DNA of 64,000 nt from an uncultured cyanobacterium (GTDB lineage Bacteria; Cyanobacteriota; Cyanobacteriia; Cyanobacteriales; Nostocaceae). Shown here piece by piece: positions 10,033 through 19,862 of this stretch. The position numbers and the translations under genes are program-made. The stretch is from positions 480,001 through 544,000 of the forward strand of contig CAVUDP010000001.1 in the NCBI GenBank assembly GCA_963740315.1, given 5' to 3'. The first letter of the stretch is position 1. Each line of letters opens with the position of its first letter. Under the pieces are notes generated by a model. The model did not search any database. It saw only the letters and a program-made list of their open reading frames with translations, and had not been told where the DNA came from.

Positions 10033-11499
10033 TCAATTCAACAATTCCCCTAACCGATGCTTAACTAAAATCCCCTTCAAAGACTCATTTTCTGCCTTCA
10101 AACTTAAATTTTCTGCTTCCAACTCCTTAATCCTTTCCCTTAAAGCTTCCTTACTAGTTCCATTTCGATGAATAACCACCTCTTGATAAATCTGTAAATT
10201 AGTATCCTCACTCATCCATCGCTGATAAGTCTTCGTATGCTCCTGTACCGTATGTCCCATATAATCAGCCATTGTCTTAATTGGCACTTGCAACCGATGT
10301 CCCCGAATTGCAAAAGCATGACGTAAATCGTAAGGCTTAAAACCGATACCAATATTCCTAAACTTAATATGAATTAACGCCGTTTTGTTACTCAAACTTC
10401 CCCCAGCTTGCGGAAATTTAATATTCTTTAAATCAAATAATTCTATCCAGTGAGGATACAAAGGAGGAATCCCACAACTTCTTTCACCAGTCTTTGTTCC
10501 TTCAGTCAAACTGGGATTTAAATAAACTAGATGAAACTTATTATTTGCATCGGTAAAAGCTTCTAAATCAATAGCAAACAACTCATGAGGTCTTAAACCA
10601 TAAGTAGCCAACATACCATATAACCATTGCCACTGTTCCGGTTTAGTTACATCCTTACTAGCATGACTTGATAACGCTTCTCCAACAGTAGAAAAACCAT
10701 TTACAACCTCTTCATCGGTAGGGATTTTACGTAGAGTAGGTTGCGGTAAAGGAGTTGCATAAGAATCAATAACCTTACTACCATCAAACTCGCAAAATTG
10801 ACAAAACTTCTTTAACTGCCAAGCCAAATAAAATCTAGAATTACTAAATGGTCTAGTATTCTTCAAAGCAGATTCCAAAGCATCCTCAGTTAAATGTTTA
10901 TCTTGAGGTAACTTTTTTAAATGTCGTAAATAATGACTTTCCCAAGTTTTGATACCCTGCCTATTCTTCTCGTGAGTCTTCCAAAACTCCTCTTTATAAT
11001 CTTCAATTAATTCCCCAATTGTTTGTACCGGACTTTCATCTCTATTAGGTATTAACTTCTGAGCTTGTTTACCTAATAACGATTGAGTCCATTGAAACTG
11101 CTTCGTCATCAACAACAAATCCAAATTCCTAGCTTTTGCGATCGCAGCTTTTAAACCCACATCGTTAGCCGCAAAACCTAACGAAATGGTATACTGTTTA
11201 TTAGAACCGTTATTCTTACCAATATCTCCAGATTTACAGGGAAAAGTACCTTGCAAAGCAATAGTTTTGCCATTAGTTAATTTAAGTTTAACTTTTACTC
11301 TATCTAAACTTAAAGCCAAATTAGCTTGTATAACGCTATATTTTATTCGCAAATACTCGCGCTCAAACTTAACAAACTCATCCTTCGCTGACAGTTTAGC
11401 TTTCCACAGCTTCCATTGAGAAGGTTCCCATTTATCTATAGGTGTACCTTCCCATTCAGCTTGACGTAGATTGTAAGTACCAGATTGGTTATTAGACAT
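10033..11499 (-). CDS. Tyrosine recombinase, XisA/XisC-like excisase family
   Basis: YGMLATYGLRPHELF, TKTGER, PYDLRHAFAIRG and MGHTVQEHTKTYQRW motifs; N-terminal LQGTFPCK...KQYTISLG arm typical of cyanobacterial Xis enzymes; C-terminal coiled coil. Confidence 0.85.
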   Translation of the reverse strand: MSNNQSGTYNLRQAEWEGTPIDKWEPSQWKLWKAKLSAKDEFVKFEREYLRIKYSVIQANLALSLDRVKVKLKLTNGKTIALQGTFPCKSGDIGKNNGSNKQYTISLGFAANDVGLKAAIAKARNLDLLLMTKQFQWTQSLLGKQAQKLIPNRDESPVQTIGELIEDYKEEFWKTHEKNRQGIKTWESHYLRHLKKLPQDKHLTEDALESALKNTRPFSNSRFYLAWQLKKFCQFCEFDGSKVIDSYATPLPQPTLRKIPTDEEVVNGFSTVGEALSSHASKDVTKPEQWQWLYGMLATYGLRPHELFAIDLEAFTDANNKFHLVYLNPSLTEGTKTGERSCGIPPLYPHWIELFDLKNIKFPQAGGSLSNKTALIHIKFRNIGIGFKPYDLRHAFAIRGHRLQVPIKTMADYMGHTVQEHTKTYQRWMSEDTNLQIYQEVVIHRNGTSKEALRERIKELEAENLSLKAENESLKGILVKHRLGELLN

Positions 11500-11721
11500 C
11501 GCTATTAAACTATCTCTTACTCAAGACAACGAAATAAAAGTTGAAAACTCTTGATAAATCTAAATAAAACAGACATTTTTAATTTATATATTAAGCAAAT
11601 AAAGCGAGATTAAAATTGCTACTTATAAATATTTAAAAAACTTGCCATATCAGTTATAAATTGATACGGAACAAACATAAGCAATACTGAAGTTAGTAAA
11701 AAAGTGAGGGGCTATAGCACT

Positions 11722-12365
11722 ATGAACAAATTTATGCATCAAAACAAAAGATATATTCTCCCTTTGATGTTATCAGCAATGGTAATTGGCGCAAGCAGTT
11801 GCAGTTCCAATCCAAGCCTTGACAGCGTAGAAAAAGCACCATCCAACGAATCCCCAGTTGCTAGCAGTCCATCATTTACCGCCCCTAGCAGCGAAATCCC
11901 AACCCCAATCCTCAAATTACAACTCCACCATCATCCGCGACTGCACCCCCTACGTCACTTGGAGCAAGAACACCCGAACCATCCGAAACCCCCAATCAAA
12001 ACAAAACAGGGAATTTAAAAAATACAGATGTCACCTTATACATGAGCGACTCGCAATGTCAAAAATTAGTACCTGAAAAAGTATCCGTATCAGGAAATGA
12101 ACCAGTAGAAGATGCTGTAGGTAAAATACTTAAATCGAAAAACACTGCTGACATAAACATTTCCAACTATCGAGTTAACGTCAACAACGGAGTTGCGACA
12201 GTAGACTTCCGCATCCCTCCCGATTCTCCCAGACAATTAGTCTCCCTTTCAAGTTGCGAACAATTCACCTTATTCAAAAGCATTCAAAAAACTTTAACTA
12301 GCAACCCCAAATGGAACATCAAAGACGTTCGTTTTACCCAATCTGGGGAAGAAATTTATTTGTAA
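11722..12365 (+). pseudogene. GerMN-like lipoprotein, frameshifted near 11900-11910
   Basis: Lipobox (GASSC) ORF and the downstream ORF (SLSSCEQF...TLTSN) join if one C is added in aaccccaat; bridging frame reads PQITTPPSS...DVTLYMSDSQC. Confidence 0.7.
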
Positions 12366-12441
12366 GTAGTTAGTAGTTAGTAGTTAATTATTCAAAAGTC
12401 CGGTTTTTTATTAAACTCGGGCTTTTTATTTTGGTAATATT

Positions 12442-12640
12442 GTAGGGTGTATGACGCTTTTAGCAACATAGTGATTAATTACAATGCTTATAGCGTCACG
12501 CACCATCATTTTTTTAATTATTAAGACCGTATCAAGGAATTTTAAATCAAAGAAAATAAGCCGTATAGCATTAATATAATCGGTACGTTAGACGGATTTA
12601 AATTATTTGTAAAATCAGTATATAGTCGTGCGTCTAACAC
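12442..12640. repeat. REP-like hairpin pair with the same arrangement as 9709-9896
   Basis: gtagggtgtatgacgct...agcgtcacgcacc (12442-12504) then ggtacgttagacg...cgtctaacac (12582-12640). Confidence 0.8.
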
Positions 12641-12708
12641 AACGGCAATAAAGCGGGAGGAATATCCACACCACTTTTTGCCTCCCCTACAAGAATTATC
12701 TTTAACTC

Positions 12709-12969
12709 CTAACTCCTTTGGGAAATCCACTTTTCCAACAATTCAGTCATAATATCGCTCATTTGACGATCGTCAGCAGCAGCAGCTAACTTCAAACTTC
12801 GATGCAGTTTCTTTGGTAAATAAACAGTAGTACGAACATAATTTGGGTCGGTACTTTTGCTTTTAAAAGTAACTTTTTCCTCATCTAACTCAATAGACTT
12901 ATCCCTATTTTGACGAGAACGAGCAGCATCAATTAATTCGTCAAAACGGCTAGTTTCCTTCTTACTCAA
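12709..12969 (-). CDS. Small ParG/CopG-like ribbon-helix-helix partition protein
   Basis: 86 aa; RTTVYLPKKLHRSLKLAAA...MSDIMTELLEKW strand-helix-helix pattern; start overlaps the parA stop. Confidence 0.75.
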   Translation of the reverse strand: MSKKETSRFDELIDAARSRQNRDKSIELDEEKVTFKSKSTDPNYVRTTVYLPKKLHRSLKLAAAADDRQMSDIMTELLEKWISQRS

Positions 12970-13556
12970 GATAAAATCTCCTTGCCAACTTCAGCATAAC
13001 ATCGCCATGCAACTTGCGCTTTCACGTCATTTACAGCATTAACTGGTACTCCTTCTAAAGCTGCTCTTTGAAACACCGTAAGTCGTTTGATTCCTGTTTT
13101 AAAAATAGGTAGTTTAGCATTTTTTAAAGCTAATTTAGCATCATTTCCCGATTTATTTGGACTTGGAGGAATAATAGTCAGCAAAATTCGATAATTAGCC
13201 TTTAATTTATTAAGTAATCCAACCATTTGCATCGTAGCAGCTAATGCAATAGCATCCGGAGTTGTCGGTATAATTACCAAGTCACATCCGTAAGCAATGC
13301 TTTTTAACTCCTTAAAACTAGGTTTCGTAGGAGTATCAATTACTATATGTTCGTACAAAGCAGCCAAAGCAACCCCATCATCCTCCGAGGCGACTTTAAA
13401 CGGCAAACTACCCCTATTAGACCAGTCTAAGGCGCTACGGTTAAGATCCCCGTCTATCAACAGCGTATCAGCATTTGTTTGTAAGTAAGTAGCAAGGTGT
13501 AATGCAGTTATAGACTTACCTACGCCTCCCTTGAAAGCCGCTACAGTAATTATCAT
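12966..13556 (-). CDS. parA: ParA-family ATPase (short type Ib, no N-terminal HTH)
   Basis: Deviant Walker A KGGVGKS, LLIDGD, Walker B IVIDTP; 196 aa. Confidence 0.9.
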   Translation of the reverse strand: MIITVAAFKGGVGKSITALHLATYLQTNADTLLIDGDLNRSALDWSNRGSLPFKVASEDDGVALAALYEHIVIDTPTKPSFKELKSIAYGCDLVIIPTTPDAIALAATMQMVGLLNKLKANYRILLTIIPPSPNKSGNDAKLALKNAKLPIFKTGIKRLTVFQRAALEGVPVNAVNDVKAQVAWRCYAEVGKEILS

Positions 13557-13596
13557 TTTCTCAGCATAGAAACTTATACCGTAAAAATTTTACAGC

Positions 13597-13652
13597 AAAT
13601 ATCTAGACGTTGAGACATCTGAATGTTTAAATATTTGAACATTCAGGTGTTT
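13597..13652. promoter_or_regulatory. Putative centromere/operator: seven contiguous 8-bp RRRYRYYY quasi-palindromes
   Basis: aaatatct agacgttg agacatct gaatgttt aaatattt gaacattc aggtgttt, 40 bp upstream of the parA start. Confidence 0.6.
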
Positions 13653-14017
13653 CGTAATACAACTGAAAGAACACGAAATATAAGTAGTTAAAATGTATGT
13701 ACACAATTTATATGTAGATAAAAAATTGATGTGCGAAGCAAATTTAAAAAAATTTACCCCTTAAAACTCAATACATCATATTGAAATAAAGGGTGAAGCA
13801 TAAAAAAGAATAAGACTAAGAAGCAAAAATTCTTGTAAAGATGTAGCAAGAGTAGATAGACACCTAACCCTTGATGTTTTACAATCTGACTGATTGGAGT
13901 AAGTTTACTCATTGCACGATCGATCTTTATATGTTAGATAAAACTTTCTCTGTTATCTACTTGATAGCGGAAGTATCCTATATAGATAGGAACATATAAA
14001 AGTAAAAGGTAAAGAAT

Positions 14018-14140
14018 ATGGATGTAAAGCTAATTCTAGTAGCACTAACAATCGTGTTTAGCGTGTCATGCTTGATTTTTGGTACCAAAAATGGTTTTTA
14101 TGATTCGGAAAACTATCACGGCAATGGTTCCGCCCATTAA
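14018..14140 (+). CDS. ndhP: NDH-1 complex small subunit NdhP (absent from the ORF track)
   Basis: MDVKLILVALTIVFSVSCLIFGTKNGFYDSENYHGNGSAH; C-terminus matches the NdhP signature. Confidence 0.9.
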   Translation: MDVKLILVALTIVFSVSCLIFGTKNGFYDSENYHGNGSAH

Positions 14141-14307
14141 AATATCAAAAAATATGCCCAGGTAGCCGAAAATCAACATTTTAAGGGTTTTTCCACTTAA
14201 TACTTCTTTAAATAGTAGATGGAGAGGAGTGCGATCGCCGGATTTTGCTGCTCGGATGCTTCCTCTCCTGTTTTTAGAATATAAATAAAACCCTTGTAGT
14301 TAAGAAT

Positions 14308-15990
14308 TTGATTAAATCCACTTTGTGGGGGGAATATATGAGCGAAGGCTATTCAATAGCCTCTCTTGATGAAGGGGAAAGCCAAAGCGAATTAGAATGC
14401 TTTACTTATGGCGTTCATCAAGATGGTGAAGGTATGTGTCTATTGGTGCGAATGGGACCCTACCGCATCATGTTAGACTGCGGCTTAGCAGATATTTCGC
14501 CCTTAACCAAAGGGTTGAAAAAGTCGGCACGTCCTGATAGTACTCCTTTACCAGCAGACATTGTACTAGTAACTCACGCTCATCCAGATCATGCTCGCGG
14601 ATTGCTAGCCCTGCACGAAACATTTCCTCTTTTGCCAATTTACGGCAGTGAAGTTACCTGTAAACTGCTACCGTTAAATTGGTTAGACAAAAATAGTTTT
14701 GAAACGGACTCACTCTTCCAAGCACTTGAACTACGCACAGCTATAGAACTTAAAGAAAATCTAACAGTACAACTTTTTCCCTGCGGACATTTACCCGGCG
14801 CAGTAGCAATTTTACTTACCTACACAACAAACGATCGCTCTTATAAATTGCTTTATACGGGAGACTTTTTCTTATCCAACTCGCGGTTAGTAGAGGGTTT
14901 TCGCTTAGAAGAATTGCGCGGAATCGAATTAGATATCTTAATAGTAGAAGGTAGCTACGGTACCGCTCGTCATCCCCATCGCCGCAATCAAGAAAATCAG
15001 CTGGCAGAAAGAATAAATCGCGCCATTGCAGAAGGCTCTTCAGTATTAATGCCTAGCCCAGCATTAGGTTTAGGTCAAGAATTACTCATGCTTCTCCGCA
15101 GCCACCATCATTTCACTGGCAGAGATATAGATATTTGGGTTGATGGAAATGTTGCCGCCGGATGCGATGCTTATCTAGAACTACTGCCCCATCTTCCCCC
15201 ATCAGTACAGAACTTTGCTCGCCATCAACCGTTATTTTGGGATGAACGAGTGCGTCCCCGCGTGCGTCGCTTAGAAGATTCTCAACGAAGTAGCGTTGGC
15301 AATAGTCCCTGTATAATTCTTACTGACTCCACAACGGATTTAAATAAATATTGTCAAACGCAAACGGGTTCCTGGCTAATATTACAGTCAGAAAAAACTG
15401 AAATAATAGCAGAAAATTTTTCTCAACTGGGTACTATAGAAAACTATCTGCTCGCACAGCATAGCGATGGTCCGGGTACCACCCAATTAATTCACAATTT
15501 ACGACCCCAGCACGTTGTTTTCGTTCACGGTTCACCCGCCTATTTAGCAGATTTAACAGGATTGGAAGAACTGCAAAACCGCTATCACGTCCATTCTCCA
15601 CAGATTCAAACTTTAGTTCAACTTCCAATTGGCGACACATTCTTACAACCAGCCGCACCAGATACGAATTACGAAGGCGAACTTACTCAACTTGATACAG
15701 CAATCCTAATTACACTATCAGGCAACATTAATAAAGATCCCCGGTGGCAACAATTCGCCGACACCGGCTTAATTGAAGCACGTTGGCAGGGAGAAGAACT
15801 TGTATTACGCGGATTATCTCAAAGAGAATTGCTCCTACATAATGGCGATCGCAAGCAAGGATCGTTGTTAGATTGCTGCGGAACCTGCAAACATCAAAGG
15901 GGACAACGGTGTTGGAATCCCGCGTCCCCTCTGTATAACTTCAAAGTAACCTTAGAAGGTTACTGTCCAGCCTTTTCTCGTGAAGAATAA
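14308..15990 (+). CDS. Metallo-beta-lactamase-fold (beta-CASP-like) hydrolase/nuclease
   Basis: LDCG, THAHPDH, GHLPGA, YTGDF, VEGSYG and VHG motifs; Cys-rich tail; start probably the ATG at 14338. Confidence 0.85.
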   Translation: MIKSTLWGEYMSEGYSIASLDEGESQSELECFTYGVHQDGEGMCLLVRMGPYRIMLDCGLADISPLTKGLKKSARPDSTPLPADIVLVTHAHPDHARGLLALHETFPLLPIYGSEVTCKLLPLNWLDKNSFETDSLFQALELRTAIELKENLTVQLFPCGHLPGAVAILLTYTTNDRSYKLLYTGDFFLSNSRLVEGFRLEELRGIELDILIVEGSYGTARHPHRRNQENQLAERINRAIAEGSSVLMPSPALGLGQELLMLLRSHHHFTGRDIDIWVDGNVAAGCDAYLELLPHLPPSVQNFARHQPLFWDERVRPRVRRLEDSQRSSVGNSPCIILTDSTTDLNKYCQTQTGSWLILQSEKTEIIAENFSQLGTIENYLLAQHSDGPGTTQLIHNLRPQHVVFVHGSPAYLADLTGLEELQNRYHVHSPQIQTLVQLPIGDTFLQPAAPDTNYEGELTQLDTAILITLSGNINKDPRWQQFADTGLIEARWQGEELVLRGLSQRELLLHNGDRKQGSLLDCCGTCKHQRGQRCWNPASPLYNFKVTLEGYCPAFSREE

Positions 15991-16023
15991 AAAAAACAGC
16001 CTTTAGTAAGGACTAAAAACGCC

Positions 16024-16335
16024 TTATTCGGGATTGGAATCATTAGACGGATTATGAATACGCTCCTCTTCCGGACAATCTTCCGTTAACAAAGGCTCAA
16101 CATTACCTCGTGGAACTGAAGCAAGTTTTTGAGTTACAGCACCAATACTTTCGAGGCGAACCATTTCCTCCCAAGAACAAACTTCATCTTCTTCTTCGGT
16201 TTCATAGCGCAGGGTGACTAAATCTCCCTCAATGTCTATAATGCGGGCGCGTTCAATCCAGCGTTGCTGATCCCGCAAGAAAATACATATTTCCCGCGCA
16301 TCACAACATAGTTGATAAATCTTACGGTGTAGCAT
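16024..16335 (-). CDS. Conserved cyanobacterial hypothetical protein
   Basis: MLHRKIYQLCCD...WEEMVRLESIGAV; likely ATG at 16335. Confidence 0.75.
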   Translation of the reverse strand: MLHRKIYQLCCDAREICIFLRDQQRWIERARIIDIEGDLVTLRYETEEEDEVCSWEEMVRLESIGAVTQKLASVPRGNVEPLLTEDCPEEERIHNPSNDSNPE

Positions 16336-16872
16336 TCGCGTGCATAACCTTTTTCTCAACGTACTAAAATCTGTAAAAACTTGGGATTAACCCGACTGAG
16401 ATAACACCCATAAGTTAAGTATAGTGCGGCGATCGACCCAAACCGACATAATTGACTGATAAGTATTCAGTTTTATGTAAAATTTGGGTTTAATAAAATT
16501 ATATTGTTTACCGCACTACAAAAACTAAACTCCGAACTAATTAATTATTCAAGGAATATTTGCTTCATAGAAGTGAAATAACTTAGAACTCTTGCCGACC
16601 AGATAAAATATCGCTGGTAAATCATCTCTATCATTATGAATTAAATGATACTCCATCTTCAAGTGAATATCGCGATTGCTTAATTTACCTACTGATAATT
16701 ATAGGCATTACTGGGAGTGTGAGGTGCGGACTGCGATTAATCCACCTGTATGTTATCGATCTTAACTCAAACTCTTGCCAAGCTTCACCTTAAATTAAAC
16801 AATAATCTCAATATTTATTTATTTATTAACATTTTAGACCAATCGGACACACTTAGCATCATTTAACTATAA

Positions 16873-17085
16873 CTATATTTTTTGCCCTAGAAACCCAACA
16901 GAAATATTTGAAGATGCCTCACGCTTAACTTGACCCGCACGAACAGCGTCGCACAATCGGGTTAATGCAGCAACATCTTCCGCTCGATATATCCTGTTCG
17001 CTAGCATCTGATGCAGCAGACCTTCGGACTCAACGCTTAAATATCCAGTTTGAAAAGCAGATTCAACAAGTGCGCGAATCATCAT
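16873..17085 (-). CDS. Small conserved hypothetical protein
   Basis: 70 aa with IRALVESAFQTGYLSVESE motif of a cyanobacterial small-protein family. Confidence 0.65.
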   Translation of the reverse strand: MMIRALVESAFQTGYLSVESEGLLHQMLANRIYRAEDVAALTRLCDAVRAGQVKREASSNISVGFLGQKI

Positions 17086-17509
17086 TAGTTAAAACTTTGT
17101 TAGCATCTCATCACCTTTTATTTTGAAACAGTTACGCCCATTTTTAAACGATCGCATTCACAGGTTATGAGTGATTTAAATCACAGACAGCAACTAACAG
17201 CCTATTAGCATAACAAAATCTCAAACTTAGTTACTGCAATATAAATATTACAGCAATGATTTATATTTTGTCAAATAAATACTGAATTACGAGGTTAATA
17301 ATATTACTGATATAAATTAAGTACGATTCGTCTATATTATTTTTATACTGTAATTTATTTATGCACGTAGAAAAAATATTCTTCAGTGTCGGTAAGCGAT
17401 GATTGACTTGCTCTGCCGCATGATTGTCAAGTTCCACTTCCAAATTCCCTATTCCCTACTCCCTACTCCCTACCTAAACGGAATGTCTAATTAATGGAGG
17501 CACAAGTAC

Positions 17510-18313
17510 TTAAAGAAAAAATTGACGGAAATCCTCATCAGTATTGCTCAACCTTACAAAAGCCAGATTAAAAGAAGCGAACTTCAACGCTAAAGCTTCA
17601 CAAGCAGGGCGTTCGGTAGCGTAATGTCCGGCATCAACTAAAATAATTCCAGCATCGCGGCTTTCCTGAAATTGGTGAAACTTGCAATCAGAAGTTAAAT
17701 ATACCGTCGCACCAGTTTTAGTTACCTCACTGATAAAACTAGCCCCAGAACCTCCTAAAACTGCTACCTTATCAACAATCATCTCCAAATCCGCATTTGG
17801 GGAAAAAATTAAATTGGGTGGCTTGAGTGAAGATTGAATTTGTGTAAGTAACTCCCGCAAAGTTAAACTTCGGTGAAGAACACCAACACGCCCGTACCCC
17901 AAACCGAGCTGCGTATTTACGATGGGGGATACTGAGTGCAATTTTAAAATTTGCGCTAAAACATCCGCAGTACCATCATTTACTTGGTCAAAATTAGTGT
18001 GAGCGCTGTATATCCCAATATTATGGATAAACGCCAAACGTACCATTTCCCCAATGAAGTCACCAGTACGCAGCGACTTGATTTTATTAAAAATTAAAGG
18101 ATGATGAGCAAAAATTAAATTAACCGGATTACCTGCATTTTTCAAATCGATAGCTTCTTGCATAACCGCCAAAGTAGGCGTTAGACACACCAAAATTCCT
18201 GCATCTTCATTTAACACCCCCGGTTCCACCTGCCAACCACAATTATCCCATTTTTCTTGCCATGCCGGATTCGCCCATTCTTCAAACCAGGTAATTAAAT
18301 CGGTAATTTTCAT
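17510..18313 (-). CDS. Nif3-like dinuclear metal-centre protein (YbgI/DUF34)
   Basis: WDNCG, FAHHPLIF, AHTNFD and DAGHYATE motifs. Confidence 0.93.
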   Translation of the reverse strand: MKITDLITWFEEWANPAWQEKWDNCGWQVEPGVLNEDAGILVCLTPTLAVMQEAIDLKNAGNPVNLIFAHHPLIFNKIKSLRTGDFIGEMVRLAFIHNIGIYSAHTNFDQVNDGTADVLAQILKLHSVSPIVNTQLGLGYGRVGVLHRSLTLRELLTQIQSSLKPPNLIFSPNADLEMIVDKVAVLGGSGASFISEVTKTGATVYLTSDCKFHQFQESRDAGIILVDAGHYATERPACEALALKFASFNLAFVRLSNTDEDFRQFFL

Positions 18314-18470
18314 CTAATTAACTTTTAGGGATTGGTGATTTATTGTATAGGACTTAGGGAATAGAAGAAAATCGAACAAACACTATTTTAATTTTAGATT
18401 TTGGATTTTGGATTCTTAGATTTTAAATTATTAAAATTTCCCCGTTCCCTACTCCCTACTCCCTACTCCC

Positions 18471-19250
18471 CTACTTAGCAATATTTAACTTCAACGAAGC
18501 CTGTTCGCGAAGTTGGTAAAAAGGTTTATTCCATACCCCAACAGTATCCCATTCCCATGCGGCAACAGGTATACAGGAGCGATCGGCAAGATAAGTTAAC
18601 AAACGGCATTCATCTTCCGGCTCTCGCGAAAAACAGAAAGGGTTGCGATAACGCTTCTCAGAAATTTGGGGATATTTTTCATCATCTTCCTTGATACTTT
18701 GTAAAATTTCTTCACCTCTACAAAGTAAATCGTCCAAAAAATGAAGGCAGAAAGGTTCTAAACTTGCCCGACTTTTGGGTTTTTTATTTACCCACCTTGC
18801 CCAATCAAATCCATACATGAAATCATGGACGTATCGAAAGCGAATTTCTGATTCTCTACCGAACATATCCATCAGCAAAACTATTTTATTGCCGAAATCT
18901 TCTAATATATCTACAGCAGCATCAGATGATAAAGCTTGTTTGAGCATACTGCTAACTATAAAATCAAAATCCCAAAATATATTTTCTGGGAAATTATGCA
19001 GCAAGGCATCGAGTATTCTTTGTAAAGTATCCCCAAGCATTGCAATCAAGTAAACATCGGATGATTGTTGAATAATCTTAGCTTCCAAATCCGTGAAACT
19101 AGTTATTAAAGATTTATTTGGATTTAGAGACAAAGGTTTTGCAACTTGCTGCGTGAGTATTTTATCCAAAACTTGAAAAGAATTAGTCGGTGTAAAATTT
19201 GGCTTCATATAATAATAACCCGATCGGCAGCCAATCTTTAAAAGTAACAA
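18471..19250 (-). CDS. Hypothetical protein
   Basis: Long ORF with NIFWDFD and RFRYVHDFMYGFDW; start uncertain (ATG near 19208). Confidence 0.65.
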   Translation of the reverse strand: MLLLKIGCRSGYYYMKPNFTPTNSFQVLDKILTQQVAKPLSLNPNKSLITSFTDLEAKIIQQSSDVYLIAMLGDTLQRILDALLHNFPENIFWDFDFIVSSMLKQALSSDAAVDILEDFGNKIVLLMDMFGRESEIRFRYVHDFMYGFDWARWVNKKPKSRASLEPFCLHFLDDLLCRGEEILQSIKEDDEKYPQISEKRYRNPFCFSREPEDECRLLTYLADRSCIPVAAWEWDTVGVWNKPFYQLREQASLKLNIAK

Positions 19251-19448
19251 TTACATTTATATTTCACTTTAATTTAAAAAATCATCATCAATTCAAAAAA
19301 TATTAATAAACTTAATAAATAACTTGATTTTGCATCAAATCAAACATTTTAAAAATTAAAAAAAACGCCGAGATATCATGCTTAATGTATAAGATTGTAG
19401 GTTATATGACAATAAACTTGTATCAAAAATTAACCGGAAATCAGAAAA

Positions 19449-19862
19449 TTATCCGGAAATATGAACAACCAACTCTCGATTATGATTGCGCCCTCGATGT
19501 TCCCAAATATAAATTCCTTGCCAAGTTCCTAACACCAAGTGTCCTCGATTAATCGGAATATGTTCGGAAGTATGAGTAATAGCAGTACGGATATGAGCGG
19601 GCATATCATCAGCACCTTCATCATCATGTATATAGTTCGCTCCTTCGGGTACAAGCTTAGCCATAAAATTAGCCAAATCCGTTAACACGTTAGGATCGGC
19701 ATTTTCTTGAATTAATAAACTAGCTGAAGTATGACGTAGAAACAAAGTACAAAGTCCCGTTTCAACTCCCGAATCGGCAACGATCGCTTCAATTTTAGGA
19801 GTGATATTGTATAAAGACTTACCAACTGTAGAAACTCGGAGTAATTTTTGATAGTGAGACAT
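19449..19862 (-). CDS. YjbQ/UPF0047 family protein
   Basis: HTSASLLIQENADP, DMPAHI and LGTWQGIYIWEH motifs. Confidence 0.92.
   Translation of the reverse strand: MSHYQKLLRVSTVGKSLYNITPKIEAIVADSGVETGLCTLFLRHTSASLLIQENADPNVLTDLANFMAKLVPEGANYIHDDEGADDMPAHIRTAITHTSEHIPINRGHLVLGTWQGIYIWEHRGRNHNRELVVHISG

Noticed and set aside
9300..14000. Prophage or ICE call for the recombinase region
   Set aside because: No phage structural, replication, relaxase or conjugation genes, and no tRNA or att duplication identified by eye
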